Shown here: positions 51,446 to 64,000 of the stretch, in pieces
How the letters are laid out: each line of letters begins with the position of its first letter
Numbering within the stretch: the first letter of the stretch is position 1
NCBI RefSeq assembly: GCF_009914755.1
Contig: NC_060925.1
Length of the DNA: 64,000 nucleotides
DNA from: the human T2T-CHM13v2.0 reference genome, Homo sapiens
Reading direction: 5' to 3' (one strand)
Notes under the pieces: generated by a model
Databases searched by the model: none
Seen by the model: only the letters and a program-made list of their open reading frames with translations
What the model was told of the DNA's origin: nothing
Made by a program: the position numbers and the translations under genes

Positions 51446-52219
51446 TACTATAGAACCTTAAGATAGTACAATCTGAAACTGCCAAATTTTAATATTATAG
51501 GATCGTCGGGTATGAGAATCTTAGAATTGGAGAATCTTAAGATTTTGGAATCATAAAATTCTGGGAGGAGTGCGTCTTAGACTTGTGGACTCAAGAACCA
51601 TGGACAGTTAGGGCTGAGACGGTCTTTAGGGGCCCCTGGTTTTGCACATGAGGTCAGACAGGAAAGGCGCCTGGTTGGATGGTACAGCGCAGGGTGGGAA
51701 GTCTGGGCTTCCTGTCTCCTGACCTAGAGTTCTTTCCACTGTGGGTTTCTCAATCAAGGCTTTTCCAATTATGCTCTTTTATAGCCACTGCAATAAAGCT
51801 GTGGACTTTTGCTCCAGAACAGCACATAAAATATCCCATTATTTGCCTCTTAACCTGAGCTTCTGTTTTACATTTTAAGTCTAAAGTGTAAGCCTCATAA
51901 AAGGTAATCATCTAAGGCCTGTTCAAAGAGAAGCCATAAATTGGCCATTTAGTCCAATCAGTGTTTATTGTGCTCCTACAGGGTACCCAACCAGTACTAG
52001 CGTGTGTTTTGTGGAGAGGAAGGGGGAGCATAAACCTCAGTCCCGACCGTAAGCTGCTTAACTCTCCTTTGGGGAGGAGTGCAGAGATACAGTGTCAACC
52101 CGAGACAGAAATATCACAGGAGGTGTCACTCCATAGTTAGGTACAAGACAGAATGGGGGACACGGGAGAGGCCAGTGTGGGCTGTGGAAGAGTGAGAGCA
52201 GAGGGGGGCTTTTTTGGCT

Positions 52220-52440
52220 ACTAATTATTAAGTAATGACTATGCCCTAGACCCTGGGCTAAGTCTATGAGGTACATTATCACACAGAATCTCGTAATAAT
52301 TTTATGAGGTCGTATGGGCAAACCGAGGCTCAGCGTGGTTAAGTGGTTTACCCATAGTCACATAGTAAATTCTGGAGCTGGGATTTGGACCTAGGTCTAT
52401 TTGACTTCAAAGCCTTTGCTTTTAACCGCTGTGTCACACT
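52220..52440 (-). mobile_element. MIR
   Basis: aaaccgaggctcagcgtggttaagtggtttacccatagtcacatag. Confidence 0.75.
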
Positions 52441-53164
52441 GCTTTGGAGCTGAGCCTTAAATGACCACAGTGGTTTATGCATGGAGGCCATGTGGGGTAT
52501 GTGGATGTGCAAGGCTGGGAGGCAGGCAGAAGGTAAGCTCAGCTAGAAAATAGCACCTCTCCCTGCTGGCTCACCCTGCTCACTCTGGTCTTATTCTGCC
52601 CTTCAAAGTCTCTGAGTTGAACAAGAAAACAGGTCTTCTCATAGTACTGGTAACCCAGAATTCAGCTCCACCGTTAGGCTGTCTTGGGCTGGGCCGGGGC
52701 CACGCTGCTTTAGGCAGCCCAGGCTCCCTGGAAGCCATCTCTCAGGGAAATATCCCAACCCAGTTCCAAACCTCCTCACTAGAGGAGACTCCCTGCTATC
52801 TCCCCTCTCTCCCACCAACTCCCAAATCTTCCCAAAACCCATAAAAGCCCAGGTTTGTGACTCAAAACTATTACACAAATTAAGATTATTATATTATTAT
52901 TATTTTCCTTTTTAAACTTCATTCCTGTTGCCTGTCAAATTTCTATAGCAGTACAACTCTTAATGAAATAATGTTTTCCCAGCACTTTGAGATGATAGCT
53001 AACACCTGCAGAAAACACAACATTAAATTTAGCAATAGATACTGGGTAGACAGCTTGAGAGCCATGCCCTCCAAACATCCCTTGTTGCACAACTGTGGCT
53101 AAATGGGTTTTCACCCATTGCTTATCATGATTGGTGACTCACTTCTAGTCATCATTCTCTCCAG

Positions 53165-53449
53165 TGTGAGACCAGACCAACAAACTGGGAGGTCCATTCC
53201 GGCACTGAGGGATGATCAAAATCTAACTATGGGGTGATTAATCAGCCATGCTTTCAGAGAAAGATCTTAATTAAAAGGAGAAAATGTGAAAGTTGTCAAA
53301 ATCAAAAGAAAGCCACATGCTAAAAATTCTCACAAATGGAATCAGGGGAGGCCATGAAGGAAGGGTTGTCATGTACAAATACCTGATAACAGGAGCTATC
53401 ACAAAAGACTGTGTAAAAACCACAACCTTGAACAAAGGTGATCATACTC

Positions 53450-53490
<41 letters not shown>

Positions 53491-54104
53491 TACTTGTATG
53501 AGGCCCAGTAACTGCCTGTCCAACCTTGGACTGGCAACACCCTTGTTATTGATCCTTGTAGCCAAAGACAATTACCTCAAAACAATTAAGTAATCCTCCT
53601 CATTTCTTTCTTTCAAAACCTTTGTCTTTCTTTACCTACCTGATAAGCACATAGTTGACTTTGGCACACATATTCCCATTAAAGTGCCCATTTCCAAATA
53701 AATATAATTTTCCTTTAGAGAGCTGATATGGTTAGGCTGTGTCCCCACCCAAATCTCATCTTGAATTTTACCTCCCATAATTCCCACTTGTTGTGGGAGG
53801 GAACAGTGGGAGATAATTAAATCACAGGGATGGTTTAGCCCATACTGCTCTCATGGTGGTGAATAAGTCTCACGAGATCTGATGGTTTTATAAGGGAAAA
53901 CCCCTTTCACTTGGCTCTCATTTCTCTCTTGTCTGTTGCCATTTAAGGCACGCCTTTCGTCTTCCACCATGATTGTGAGGCCTCCCCAGCCACGTGGAAC
54001 TGCGAGTCCATTAAACGTCTTTTTCTTTATAAGTTACCCAGCCTCAGGTATGTCTTTATCAGCAGCATTAACATGGACTAATACAAGAGCCCTTTAGGCT
54101 GACA
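53165..54104 (+). mobile_element. ERV1 (MER4-group, LTR54-like) 3' LTR with short internal remnant, split by THE1
   Basis: Polypurine tract aaaaggagaaaa then TGTGAAAGTTGTCA at 53285; LTR end ttaggctgaca; (AC)18 at 53452-53487. Confidence 0.6.
53724..54085 (+). mobile_element. THE1 (B/C-like) solo LTR
   Basis: tgatatggttaggctgtgtccccacccaaatctcatcttgaat...ggactaataca; 5-bp TSD AGAGC (53719-53723 / 54086-54090). Confidence 0.93.
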
Positions 54105-54543
54105 CCTTAAATGTGGTCTGGTCTGTGACTGCTTTGACCAATATAGTGTAACAGAAGTGACTATACTAATTTTGGGCCTGCCTTTAAAAGGACAGGCTGT
54201 TGTCATTTTCATATCTGGGAACCTTGGCCATGTGAGAAGTCTTCTGACCATTCTCCTGGAGAGACGATATGGAGAGGCCCTGAGACTTCATAGACAGGGC
54301 CCAGCTGAGTTCAGCACTCTAGCTATGCCCACCAAGATACTAGACTTCTGAGTACATCTGTCTTGTATCCCAAGCCCAGTTGCTAGCTGAAAACTACTGA
54401 GTGTTCCCAGCTGACACTCTGTGAAGCAGAAGAACTACCCTGCCAAGCCCTGCCTGAACTCTTGACCTGTGAAATCAAGGGATATAATAAAAAATTTACC
54501 GAGTTTTGGGATAGTTGGTACACAAAAGTAGATAACTGAAACA
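54105..54543 (+). mobile_element. MLT1H-like LTR
   Basis: tgtgactgctttgaccaat...ggagaggccctgagac...gcagaagaactaccc...tagataactgaaaca. Confidence 0.7.
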
Positions 54544-54843
54544 ATGACCAAGTGGTGTCTGGGCTTGGAGAGAAAGACTCACTACCACTGGTATTTAATA
54601 AAAAATATTTTTAAAAGATATTATTAAACATCAAATAATAATTAGAAACAAAGCAATATTTAAATATTTTAATATGCTATAAACTTAAATAAGCACATTG
54701 TTTTACATAGTTTAAATTGCAATTATACATTTTGCAATATATACTTTTGACTCTTTCAAACTCAGGAAGAAAACACATTAAACATATACAAAACAGAATT
54801 ATTATAACTTATGACTATGTTGCCATTTATACCTGTTGGTTTC

Positions 54844-55148
<305 letters not shown>

Positions 55149-56396
55149 ATACTTATTCTTAAAGCATCAGTTCCATGGGTTAATTTATTTCTTTGTTATT
55201 TCTATAATGTTATATCTTCTTAGCTTTTCATATATTTATTTTGATACCTACCTAGGGTGCAACAACTTTCTAGGTTGAAGCAAAAAGTAATAATAACCCA
55301 GGATACGATGTGGGTTACCTATTCAATTCTTAATTTGACATGGAAACTGATTACTTTTTCCAAGGGTTTTGAAGAGCCATTGGGTCAACAGGCTGGGCTG
55401 CCATTTTTTTTTTTTTCTTGGCTTAATCTTCACTTGTTACATCAGTGAAATTTGTAAGTCTGGGTCTTTTACACAGTCTTCCGTTTTATTGCAACCTGGT
55501 GTCTCTCTCCAAAATTTTATACATTGCAAGTCTCACTTGGCCAATGTTACATAACCCATTGTCCTGTCATTGTGACATATGGATCTGGTCTGTGAGCATT
55601 ATTTAAGACTGCTAGATACCTTTTATTACCTTGTAATTAGTAGGGTCATCTAGAGGTTTCACAGGAGATGAGAGATTGGGTCTGCGTGTTTTTCTCCTCC
55701 CCAAGACATTCAGCTAATCCATCACTGTGAAACACCTGGCAAAATGTTCCATCTACTTGGTTACTGGGTCCACATGCCTGCCAGGGCTGGCTCACCAAGC
55801 TCATCTTCCATCTGATTGTCAGTGAGGCCAGCAGTGCCACCTTGTCCTTTTGGTTGTCTTACCGTTTCCATGACTTCTTAGCTTACTCATGGGTCCCCGT
55901 GATTTTTCTTTCCTGTTTCTATAGCTAGAAACAGATACATGGTAATAAGTTATAAAGAAATACAATGAATAGCAAAAAATAAAAGATCCATATGTAACCA
56001 TACCTCAACTTATTGGAATAATAAAAACAAATAGATCTTATTATTTTACCTTTTAATTACAACCACCTTTTTGTATAACTTATATGAACTTTTTTAGTGT
56101 CATGAATTCATGGCTTTTCATTAACTTATCTTGTTCTAATCAACTATATTTCATCCTCTTCTCCTCATTTCCTTCCCTCTTTTTGCTGTTCAGATGATCA
56201 CTTTGCCAGTGGAAAGCGCTTTCATCTGCCCCCTCCCCTCTTTTAATGCTACACTGATATCCTTGAAAGCAATCTTATTTTCCGCCAACAGCAGGATGCT
56301 TGATAGCCATCCTTACTTTCCATTTTTTCTCCAAGGCATAGAACCACCTACCCTCTAAAAGATCCCAATTCCTTTTAGTGGGGAATAGTGTTAGAG

Positions 56397-56575
56397 CCCA
56401 GGATCTGAATACGATGTGGGTGTGTGCAGTCTCGGTGCCCAGGATCTGGGATCTGAATACGATGTGGGTGTGTGCAGTCTCGGTGCCCGGGATCTGAATA
56501 CGATGTGGGTGTGTGCAGTCTTGGTGCCCAGGATATGGGATCTGAATACGATGTGGGTGTGTGCAGTCTCGGTGC
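56397..56575 (+). repeat. VNTR with alternating 41/48-bp units (2 x 89-bp higher-order unit)
   Basis: Units 56397-56437, 56438-56485, 56486-56526, 56527-56574. Confidence 0.95.
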
Positions 56576-57378
56576 TGTGACTCCAGCTCTTCTGTTTGGG
56601 TCTCATGTCATGCTGCCCCATGGGACCAAACACAATTGTACTTCAGACTCATGGTGCTCTGCTAGAGGCTGTTCTTTCCACCACTGGCCTTGGGAAGCAA
56701 CAGAAGCTGTTCTTCCCACCACCACTCTGGCCTAACGTTCCCTTAATTTCTCATAGAAGAGTGGAGATTGTTCATATCTTTTGATGGGAAGGTTCAGGGA
56801 AAATGGAGGGGGCATTCTGTAGAGGATAACATAATCTCTACTATTGGGGGTTTCTCTTAGAGCCCTAGAGCCCAAGTCCATTCTAAAGTCAGTTTCAAAG
56901 CATTGCCTGCTTACCTCCCTACATGTCTCTGCAGAAGAGAGGCTGGAGCACCCCCCCACATCCCTCATCCTAGCCAGGAATTCACTGAGGATGTGTATGT
57001 TACAAGTTTGGCCCAACCACCACAAGGCCCAATGAGAAGTTTTCTCTCATTTCCACTGTCAGGATCGATGGCTGGCCTAGATGGTTGACAGTAGGGATGT
57101 CTACTTCCTTACCCATATTTGTAAGAATGAAGCCTTGTCCTAAGTGTCCCAAGACAATTACATCGGAAAGCAACAATCGAACATCAGTCAGCACACTTCC
57201 CAAAGCCTGAGTCATTTAGGCTTAAGTAACCTGTGGAGGACATCATAACCGTGGTCAGCTAGACCCAGCCAGCTAACCCAGCCCAGTTAATTATTACCAT
57301 TGGTCCTTCAGGTATCATGTCTGGACATATCTCCAGACTCTCAGCTTAGACTGTCTGGAGAACTACTATTAAATAAGA

Positions 57379-57420
57379 ACACACACACACACACACACAG
57401 ACACACACAATCACACACAA
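57379..57420. repeat. Imperfect (CA)n
   Basis: Direct reading. Confidence 0.9.
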
Positions 57421-57930
57421 TGAAGTCTAACTCATATAGAGCAAAGAAATAGTTTTTCTATTTTTGTGTGTTTTTTTAAAGGACAATAAAACCTACAGAA
57501 ACACAGCCCTCATCACAACAACAAGATCAAATATCCACTTCAAGCTACTTAAATGTTCCCCAAAAAGAAACTGGAGGGTATTTGCTTTATAAGATATTAC
57601 TAAATGGCCAGTTCATGTATTTTCCCAAAATGAATAGATATTCTGCCCCCAAAGACTGAAATCACATGTAAATTTTTGTTTTTCTAAAAAACTTTATTTT
57701 AAAAATTTATTTTAAATTCATATGACCCTAACTATAGAAGTTACAAAAGGATGTACAGTGAAAAGTCTTTTGCCACCCCTGTCTCCAGCCTTTCAGCCAT
57801 CCTCTCTCCTGACTCCCACTTCTGGAGGACCCAGTGTCTCTTTCCAGAGATATTTTTATTCATTTGTAAATGAATGTGTGTATATGGTCACCCCATCCTG
57901 CTCCTTTTTAAGAAACAAATGGAAGCATAC

Positions 57931-58111
57931 AAAAAATTAGTGGGGCATGATGGCAGGTGCCTGTAATCCCAGCTACTCAGGAGGTAGAGGCAGGAGAATC
58001 ACTTGAACCCAGGAGGCAGAGGTTGCAGTGAGCAGAGATTGTGCCACTGCACTCCAGCCTGGGCAACAGAGCGAGACTCCATCTCAAAAACAAAGAAACA
58101 AACAAACAAAC
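57931..58111 (+). mobile_element. 5'-truncated Alu (right arm only) with (AAAC)n tail
   Basis: 17-bp TSD aacaaatggaagcatac (57914-57930) / aacaaatgggagcatac (58112-58128). Confidence 0.9.
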
Positions 58112-58942
58112 AACAAATGGGAGCATACTGTTCACTGTGTTCTTCTCCATCTCACTTTTTGCACCTAACAATGTATTTTGGAGAACATTCCTTAGCAACT
58201 CACTAAGATCATTCTTATTCTTCTCCATGGTTGCAAAGAATGGAATTGATGAGTATACCTCAATATATTTAAATGTCCCCTATTAATTAACAATTAGTTT
58301 GTTTCTAATTCTTTACTATTACAAACAATGCTACAAATAACAATTTTTGTACTAACATCACTTTGCAGGTGCATAATTATGTCAGCAGGATAAATTCCTA
58401 GAAATAGGGAGTTGCTGGTACACAGAGTACATACATATGTACTTTAATTGCCATTCAAGGGAGCAGAACTAGTTTACACTCTCCAGCAATGTGATGTTGG
58501 CTTCAACATATCCTTGCCAACATAGTATATTATTGGATTTCTTTTATCACGGCCAGTCTGGTAGGTGTAAAAGAGATCTTAGTGAAGTCTTAATTTGCAT
58601 TTCTCGTATTTTAATTGTGAACATCTTTCCACACACTTAAGAGTTGTATTTCCTTCTCTCTGAATTGTGTGCTTTATATCCTTTACTTATTTTCAGAGGT
58701 AGGGGTGAAGTGTTGATCTTTTTAATCAATTTTCAGAGCTTACATTTTAAAGGAAATTTACTTTTGCCTGTGATATGAGTTAAAAGTATTTTTCTCAGTT
58801 CATTATTTGTCCTTCAACTTTCTTATAAATCATTTTTACATATTTACTTTTCCATATGAACTTTATTTAATTTGTATTATTTTAGATTCAATGGGTACAT
58901 GTTTCATATGAATGTTAGAGTTTGTGAAGTTCCAAAAGAAAA

Positions 58943-59251
58943 TTTTTTTTTTTGAGACGGAGACTCACTCTGTCGCCCAGGCTGGAGTGCAGTGGTGCTA
59001 TCTCCGCTCACTGCAGCCTCTGCCCTTCACCCCCCACCCCTCTGGGGTTCAAGCAATTCTGGTGTCTCAGCTTCCTGAGTAGCTGGGGTTACAGGTGGCT
59101 GCCACTGCACCCAGCTAATTTTTGTATTTTTAGTAGAGACAGGGTTTCACCATTTTGGCCAGGCTGGTTTCGAACTCCTAAGCTCAAGCAATCCTCCCAC
59201 CTTGGCCTCCCAAAGTGCTGGGATTACAGGTGTGAGCCATAGCACCCAGCC
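58943..59251 (-). mobile_element. AluJb-like
   Basis: gctcaagcaatcctccc left arm; TSD aagttccaaaagaaaat / aagttcgaaaaaaaaat. Confidence 0.9.
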
Positions 59252-60224
59252 AAGTTCGAAAAAAAAATCTGTTGATAATTTTATTGAGTGTTTTTGCCAT
59301 GAATAAAATTTATAGTTTTTTTTATAGTCAAACATTAGCTTTTTAAAAATTTGAGACTTCTTGATTTTGTCATATTTAGAAAGGTCATCCTTGTTCTGAA
59401 ATTATAAAATCATTCTCTCATGCTCCTTTGAACTTTTATTGTTTTACATTCAAATCTTTGATTCATTTGAAATTTATCCTGAAGTAAGGTGTAAGGTTAA
59501 ACTCAAATTTACTTTGTCCCAGAAGACTACCTAGTTGTTGCCATACCATTTATTAAATAACGCATCTTTTCCCTACTGATATGAAATGCCACCTTCACAA
59601 TACACTAAATTCCAGTCTGTATCTTCATCTTTTTCTGGACTTTTCATTCTGTTCTGTTGATCTGTCCGTGTGCCAGTACCACATTGTTTTAATCAGCGTG
59701 GCTTTGTAAATGTTGTTTTAACTATAGGGCTAGCCATCCCTTATTACGCTTCCTTTTTAGACTTTTACAGAATATTATTGCACACATTTTGCCATATAAA
59801 CTTTAGAATTGACTATTCAGTTAAAAAAATATTGTTGATCCTTTCATCAAGATTACATTAAATTTTATATTAACTTAGGGATAACTGGCATCTTTATGAC
59901 GTTGTGTCTTCCCATTCAGGAACATGGGCTAGCCTTTCCCTTTGTTCGAGTATGTTTTCATGTCTCTTGGGAATGTCTTTAGGATTTCTAGTTGAGTTTA
60001 TTCCTAGATATTTTATCGTTATTGTTGCTATTATAAGTTTTTCCTCCATTACACTATATCTTCGAATTGAATGTTATTTGTATATATTAGAGCTATTTAT
60101 TTTGTATTCAACTGAATTCCTGAGCCCTCTTAATCTTTCTGTAGATACTTTCTCAGGTTTTCTCTTCTTCATTTCATTTTTTTACACCTCGATTTTGTTC
60201 GTCTTGTCTTACTGCATTGATTAG

Positions 60225-60691
60225 TACTCATGGAGTCTCAGGGGATTCGATTAATACTCTCCTCTTCCCTGCTCAAGACAGGGAAAGTACAAAGCAGACG
60301 CCAGCACCAGTTTTATCCACGAGGACTAGTTATTGGAGAATGTGACTCATATCTGTAAGGTAAGGGGATCTTCTAAAACAGACTTACTTACCATGTCATG
60401 GGCACTGTGGGATGAGTGTGGATGCTCTCATGTGGTGGAGTGAGTGGCAGCTGCTCCTGTAAGATTCAGGTATGGGGGTGGGTGCAGAGGGGAAGGTGTA
60501 TTCTCTGTGGGCAGGTCTCTCCCAAAGTAAGGCTCCCAAATACACGAGTCTAAGCCACTCCATTTTCCCTGGAGTGGAGTGAATAAGGGGTGGAGAAAGG
60601 CCAGGTGTGTTATTCTGATTGGGCTCCCTCCAAGATGAAGAAAACATCAGAAGTGGAGAAGAAATAGTTCTGCATCCCTGCCTCCTGCAAC
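60225..60691 (-). mobile_element. Possible LTR-like insert within L1M
   Basis: Abrupt composition change inside the L1; ends ...tcctgcaaca (TG start on minus strand); family not recognised. Confidence 0.3.
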
Positions 60692-61269
60692 AAGTAAATT
60701 CAGAATAAGCAAAAATAATAGTAGAAGAAGTGGCCATTCTTATCTTTCTCCTGGATTTCAGTGATAGTCCTTTTGTGACATTAAAGCTGATACTGCTTTT
60801 CCTTATCCCAAGGAAGATCTACTTAGGAACATCCATCCATTTCCACTCTATTTTGCATTTTGTTTCTTTTTCATCAAGAATTGTTAAGTTCTGTAACATA
60901 TCTTGTCATTGTCCCTGGGGATCATCATCTGATTTTTCTTCTTTGCTCTTTTAATATGATGAATAATAGTAGATTTCCTAATATTGACCTATCCTTACAT
61001 TGTGAAATGAATCCCACTTGGAAATAGTAGTATTCTTTTAATGTTCTTCTGTATCCTGATTGTTAATATTTTAATAAAGATTTTGCATCTAAATCTCTAA
61101 GTGAGATTACCCTGTAGTTTTCTTTTTGTTTTTGTACAGTATTTATTGTTTTTTTCTAACATTATGGTCCATTTTTGAAAGATGTTTTGAAGATTTCCTT
61201 ATTTTTTTCTATGCTCTTGAACAATTCAAATAATATCAGCGTCACCCCATCTGGGACCATGTGTCTGTG

Positions 61270-61710
61270 TGTGTGTTTAATATTCACAATAACTCTACAA
61301 GGGAAGCATTATTATTGTCTTCATTATGCAGTTGAGGAAACCAAGGCCCCAAGCAGTTTCTTGCCCAAAGTCACATAATGAATTAGTGGGGATGACACTT
61401 GATTCAGGGTCAAGTCAGACTCAAGGTCAGGTCAAACTCAAAGTCAAACTTCTATTTCCCTTATATGCTCCTTCATGCAGCCACTCTCAAGACAGAGAAT
61501 GTGGGGCTTGCAACAGACAGATCTTGAGACAACATCTCAGTTCTGCCACTTTCCAGAAGTGTGCCCTTGAACAGATCACTTCACCACTTGACATATGTGT
61601 TCCGTTCTCTGACAAATAGGTATAATAATGTCCTCTTCCTCATGGGGTTGCTGTGAGGATGCAATGGGGCAGGATACGAGCAAGAACCTAGTGGAGAAGG
61701 ATTCACATTC
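61270..61710. mobile_element. Two MIRs in opposite orientation
   Basis: gaggaaaccaaggccc...ttgcccaaagtcaca (-) then cagttctgccacttt...tgtgcccttgaacag (+). Confidence 0.6.
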
Positions 61711-63335
61711 AGCAAGTCTTCAATGCTCACCCACCGTATGCCTGGTAATGCCCACAGGGTGTGGAGAGGAGACATGGCCTCAGCCCCTGCTCCTCTGTAA
61801 TTGCACAGCCACCACACAGGGTGGTCGCTGTGGCATATCTTAAAGTGGTGGGAGTTGGGGAGGAGCAGTCACACCTGCAGTAACAGCTTTCACACAATTG
61901 TCCCCAGTGTTTGATTTGCTCCTCTCAGTAGACTGTGATGCTCTGTGGCAGGCCCAGTGGTTGAGATATGTTCCCTAACGCTGGGATCCAATCACATTTC
62001 TAAGTACCGAGGAGATGTTGGCTGAGCCCAGGGCAATGGGAAGACATTTGTGATTCCTTCTTGACCTTGAATCTGGTGGGTCTCAGAAGACCTCGAAACT
62101 CTCTATCCCCAGAGTAGAAAAAGTCCAAAGACTTCCCAGTTTGATAATGAGCTTTATAGACTATTTGGAGAACCATTTCCCCACTAATGCAATACAATTG
62201 TATTAGCTTTAGTTTTCATGTGGTACCTTAGGCCTCTCAACTTGTTCATCCTACATATGTGCTATTATATATGCTTTGACCTGCGTCTCCCATTCTCTCT
62301 TCCCTTCTCTACCTGTAGTAACCACTGTTTTATTCTCTGAAAGAACCATCTTAATACAGATTTATTTCATATTTTTAAATATTTCTTTTCTTTCAGATTA
62401 TTCTAGTATTTTTTAGGTTTATTCTAATTTTTCATTGTAAATGAAACACAAGCTCATTACATTTTCGGGAATAAAGAAAAATAAAAAATGAATTCCGCAG
62501 AACAACCATTAAGAATATTTGAGACTATTCTCTCATAATCTTTCCACACATGTATTTTTATTTTACACAATTGAGATAATACTTCCTACACAAGTTGTAA
62601 ACTGTTTTCCTACCCCCAAATTAGCTCAAAACTAAGTCCTCACGTTATTATACAGCACTTACATGCATTATTTTAGTGGCATACTATTCAAGCAAGTGGA
62701 TGTGCTATAACTTAGTCTTCTACTGTTGGGCAGGTTGGTTGTTTCTACATGTTTGCCATTACATGCAGTGATGGATTGTGCTTTCTTATTCATGAACCTC
62801 TGCCCACATGATGAAATTACCAGACCAGTTTTTGAGGCATTCAGTCCAAACTGCCAGAACAATGCCTGTGGGTTTAGAAAAGCAATAGTAGCTGAGAATA
62901 AGAGAAATACTTGTTTCCTTTCACATGCCTTCTCTCATAACTGTAAGTTCCTCTTGATACCTTGCATGGGGTCTTAAATATTGTTGTTACTCATGAAATA
63001 TTTGCTGTATTGTAATACCAATTGGAATTATTAGCTAAAGTTGAGAAGAGAAAAACAGAACTGGAGAGAAGAAGGGAAAGACAGGTAGATCAAACATTAG
63101 AGGGAAATACTTTGAACCACATCTGTCCCTCTCTCTGCCCTGCTGCAGTTTTCTGTTTTAAAGTCTCCACTAGGCACTTAGGGAATTGTAGAAACGGTAA
63201 TACATTGAATCCAGGAAAATGAAGTGTGAAGACCCAGAGATGTGCTCAGAACATAAGGTGGAGGGGCCAAGGCAGAGTTGGGCCGCACTAGGCTGGACAG
63301 CGGTCAAGGGCTCTGGGGTTGGCCCATCTCATAGA

Positions 63336-63354
63336 TGAACTCTAGGTGGCGCTG
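63336..63354 (+). promoter_or_regulatory. CTCF-like motif
   Basis: aACTCTAGGTGGCGCTG. Confidence 0.45.
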
Positions 63355-63464
63355 TGGCCACAAAAGTTTTGGGCTGAGGAATTTTGGCAAAGCTGTTAGG
63401 AATCTGTGGGTGGGAGCGAGGAAGGGAGAGAGGTAAAGAAAGAATAGTGGACTGGAGTGAAGGA

Positions 63465-63465
<1 letters not shown>

Positions 63466-63497
<32 letters not shown>
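63466..63497. repeat. (AC)16 microsatellite
   Basis: Direct reading. Confidence 0.95.
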
Positions 63498-63499
<2 letters not shown>

Positions 63500-63599
63500 A
63501 GATGGGTGGGGGGGTGGGGGTGGTGGTGGCAGGAATAAGTGAATGGCTCAGACAGTGCTTGGTCCAGAAGAGAGAAAATAAACTGAGGGATCATCAAAT

Positions 63600-63960
63600 T
63601 CATTCATTTACTTAATATAAGCATTGATCAAGCCCCATCTTGTGCCTGTCGCTGGGACAGATGGTGGGGATAAAAGGGCGCTTGAGCAGCCACCTCCCTG
63701 AGGTCCTGTGGCTTATGAGAAGTGAGTGTGATGGCCATCCATTAGCCCCCAGTGAATCAGTAGTGGCAGACTTGAGATGGACCCTGAAGAAAGAAAAGGG
63801 GGCCTATGAAGGGCTGTGATGAGGAAGTGACCTGGTTTTGTAGAGAAGGAAGGATTGCAGAGATGGTTGCCCAGTGGAAGGTACTAAAGGTGAGATCTGA
63901 AGGTAGCCAAGACTGAACCGGGGAGAGAGGATTGCCTGCAGGCTTGGCATGTTCTGCTCT
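63600..63960 (-). mobile_element. L2 3' fragment
   Basis: ttcattcatttacttaatataagcattgatcaagcccc...gagatggaccctgaaga. Confidence 0.5.
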
Positions 63961-64000
63961 GCTCCTTCTTTCATGTAGGAAGCATGTTGGGGCAGTGTCT

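Larger units (their letters stand above)
57690..61230 (-). mobile_element. Old L1M (L1MC/MD/ME-like) fragments, interrupted by Alus and an LTR-like insert
   Basis: T-rich strand with L1 motifs: ggataaattcctagaaatag, ttaatttgcatttctc, accatttattaaataa...tttccctactgat, gtgccagtaccaca, tttattcctagatatttt. Confidence 0.7.

Noticed and set aside
53981-53993. THE1 recombination-hotspot motif
   Set aside because: Reads CCTCCCCAGCCAC (consensus form), not the hotspot-associated CCTCCCTAGCCAC.
56397-56575. CRISPR-like or coding repeat
   Set aside because: Contiguous tandem units without spacers; ORFs are repeat artefacts.

Overview
Primate (human-like) non-coding genomic DNA. I find no credible protein-coding gene, tRNA/rRNA or CRISPR array. 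The longer ORFs I examined trace to Alu/L1/L2 remnants, tandem repeats, pyrimidine-rich low complexity or GC-rich CpG-island sequence. The window is a gene-desert-like mosaic of ancient repeats (L2, MIR, L3/CR1, MER, MLT1, LTR33-like) and primate repeats (AluJ/S/Y, L1PA, THE1, an ERV1-type LTR). It also holds two orphan CpG islands (~33.2-35.5 kb and ~49.6-50.0 kb), at least three CTCF-like motifs, and many repeat-free blocks rich in homeodomain/FOX/SOX motifs that resemble developmental enhancers. Plus-strand splice signals suggest a lncRNA: a donor at 13180 and a 40-nt exon at 18792-18831. The most unusual structures seen directly are: a ~120-bp foldback with AP-1 sites (6173-6294); a 192-bp dispersed duplication at ~95% identity (7748/10537); a perfect 91-bp tandem duplication carrying GATA sites (11241-11422); an L1 and an Alu inserted at one target site with a triplicated TSD (15787-16877); a PRDM9-motif minisatellite (~26.4-26.6 kb); a 28-bp VNTR at the CpG-island edge; and a 41/48-bp higher-order VNTR. 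My unverified recollection is that the layout resembles the human 1p33 FOXD2-TRABD2B interval (LINC01738 area); BLAT is needed. I see no evidence of a new protein-based system. Ancient-repeat boundaries are approximate and subfamily names come from remembered consensus features.
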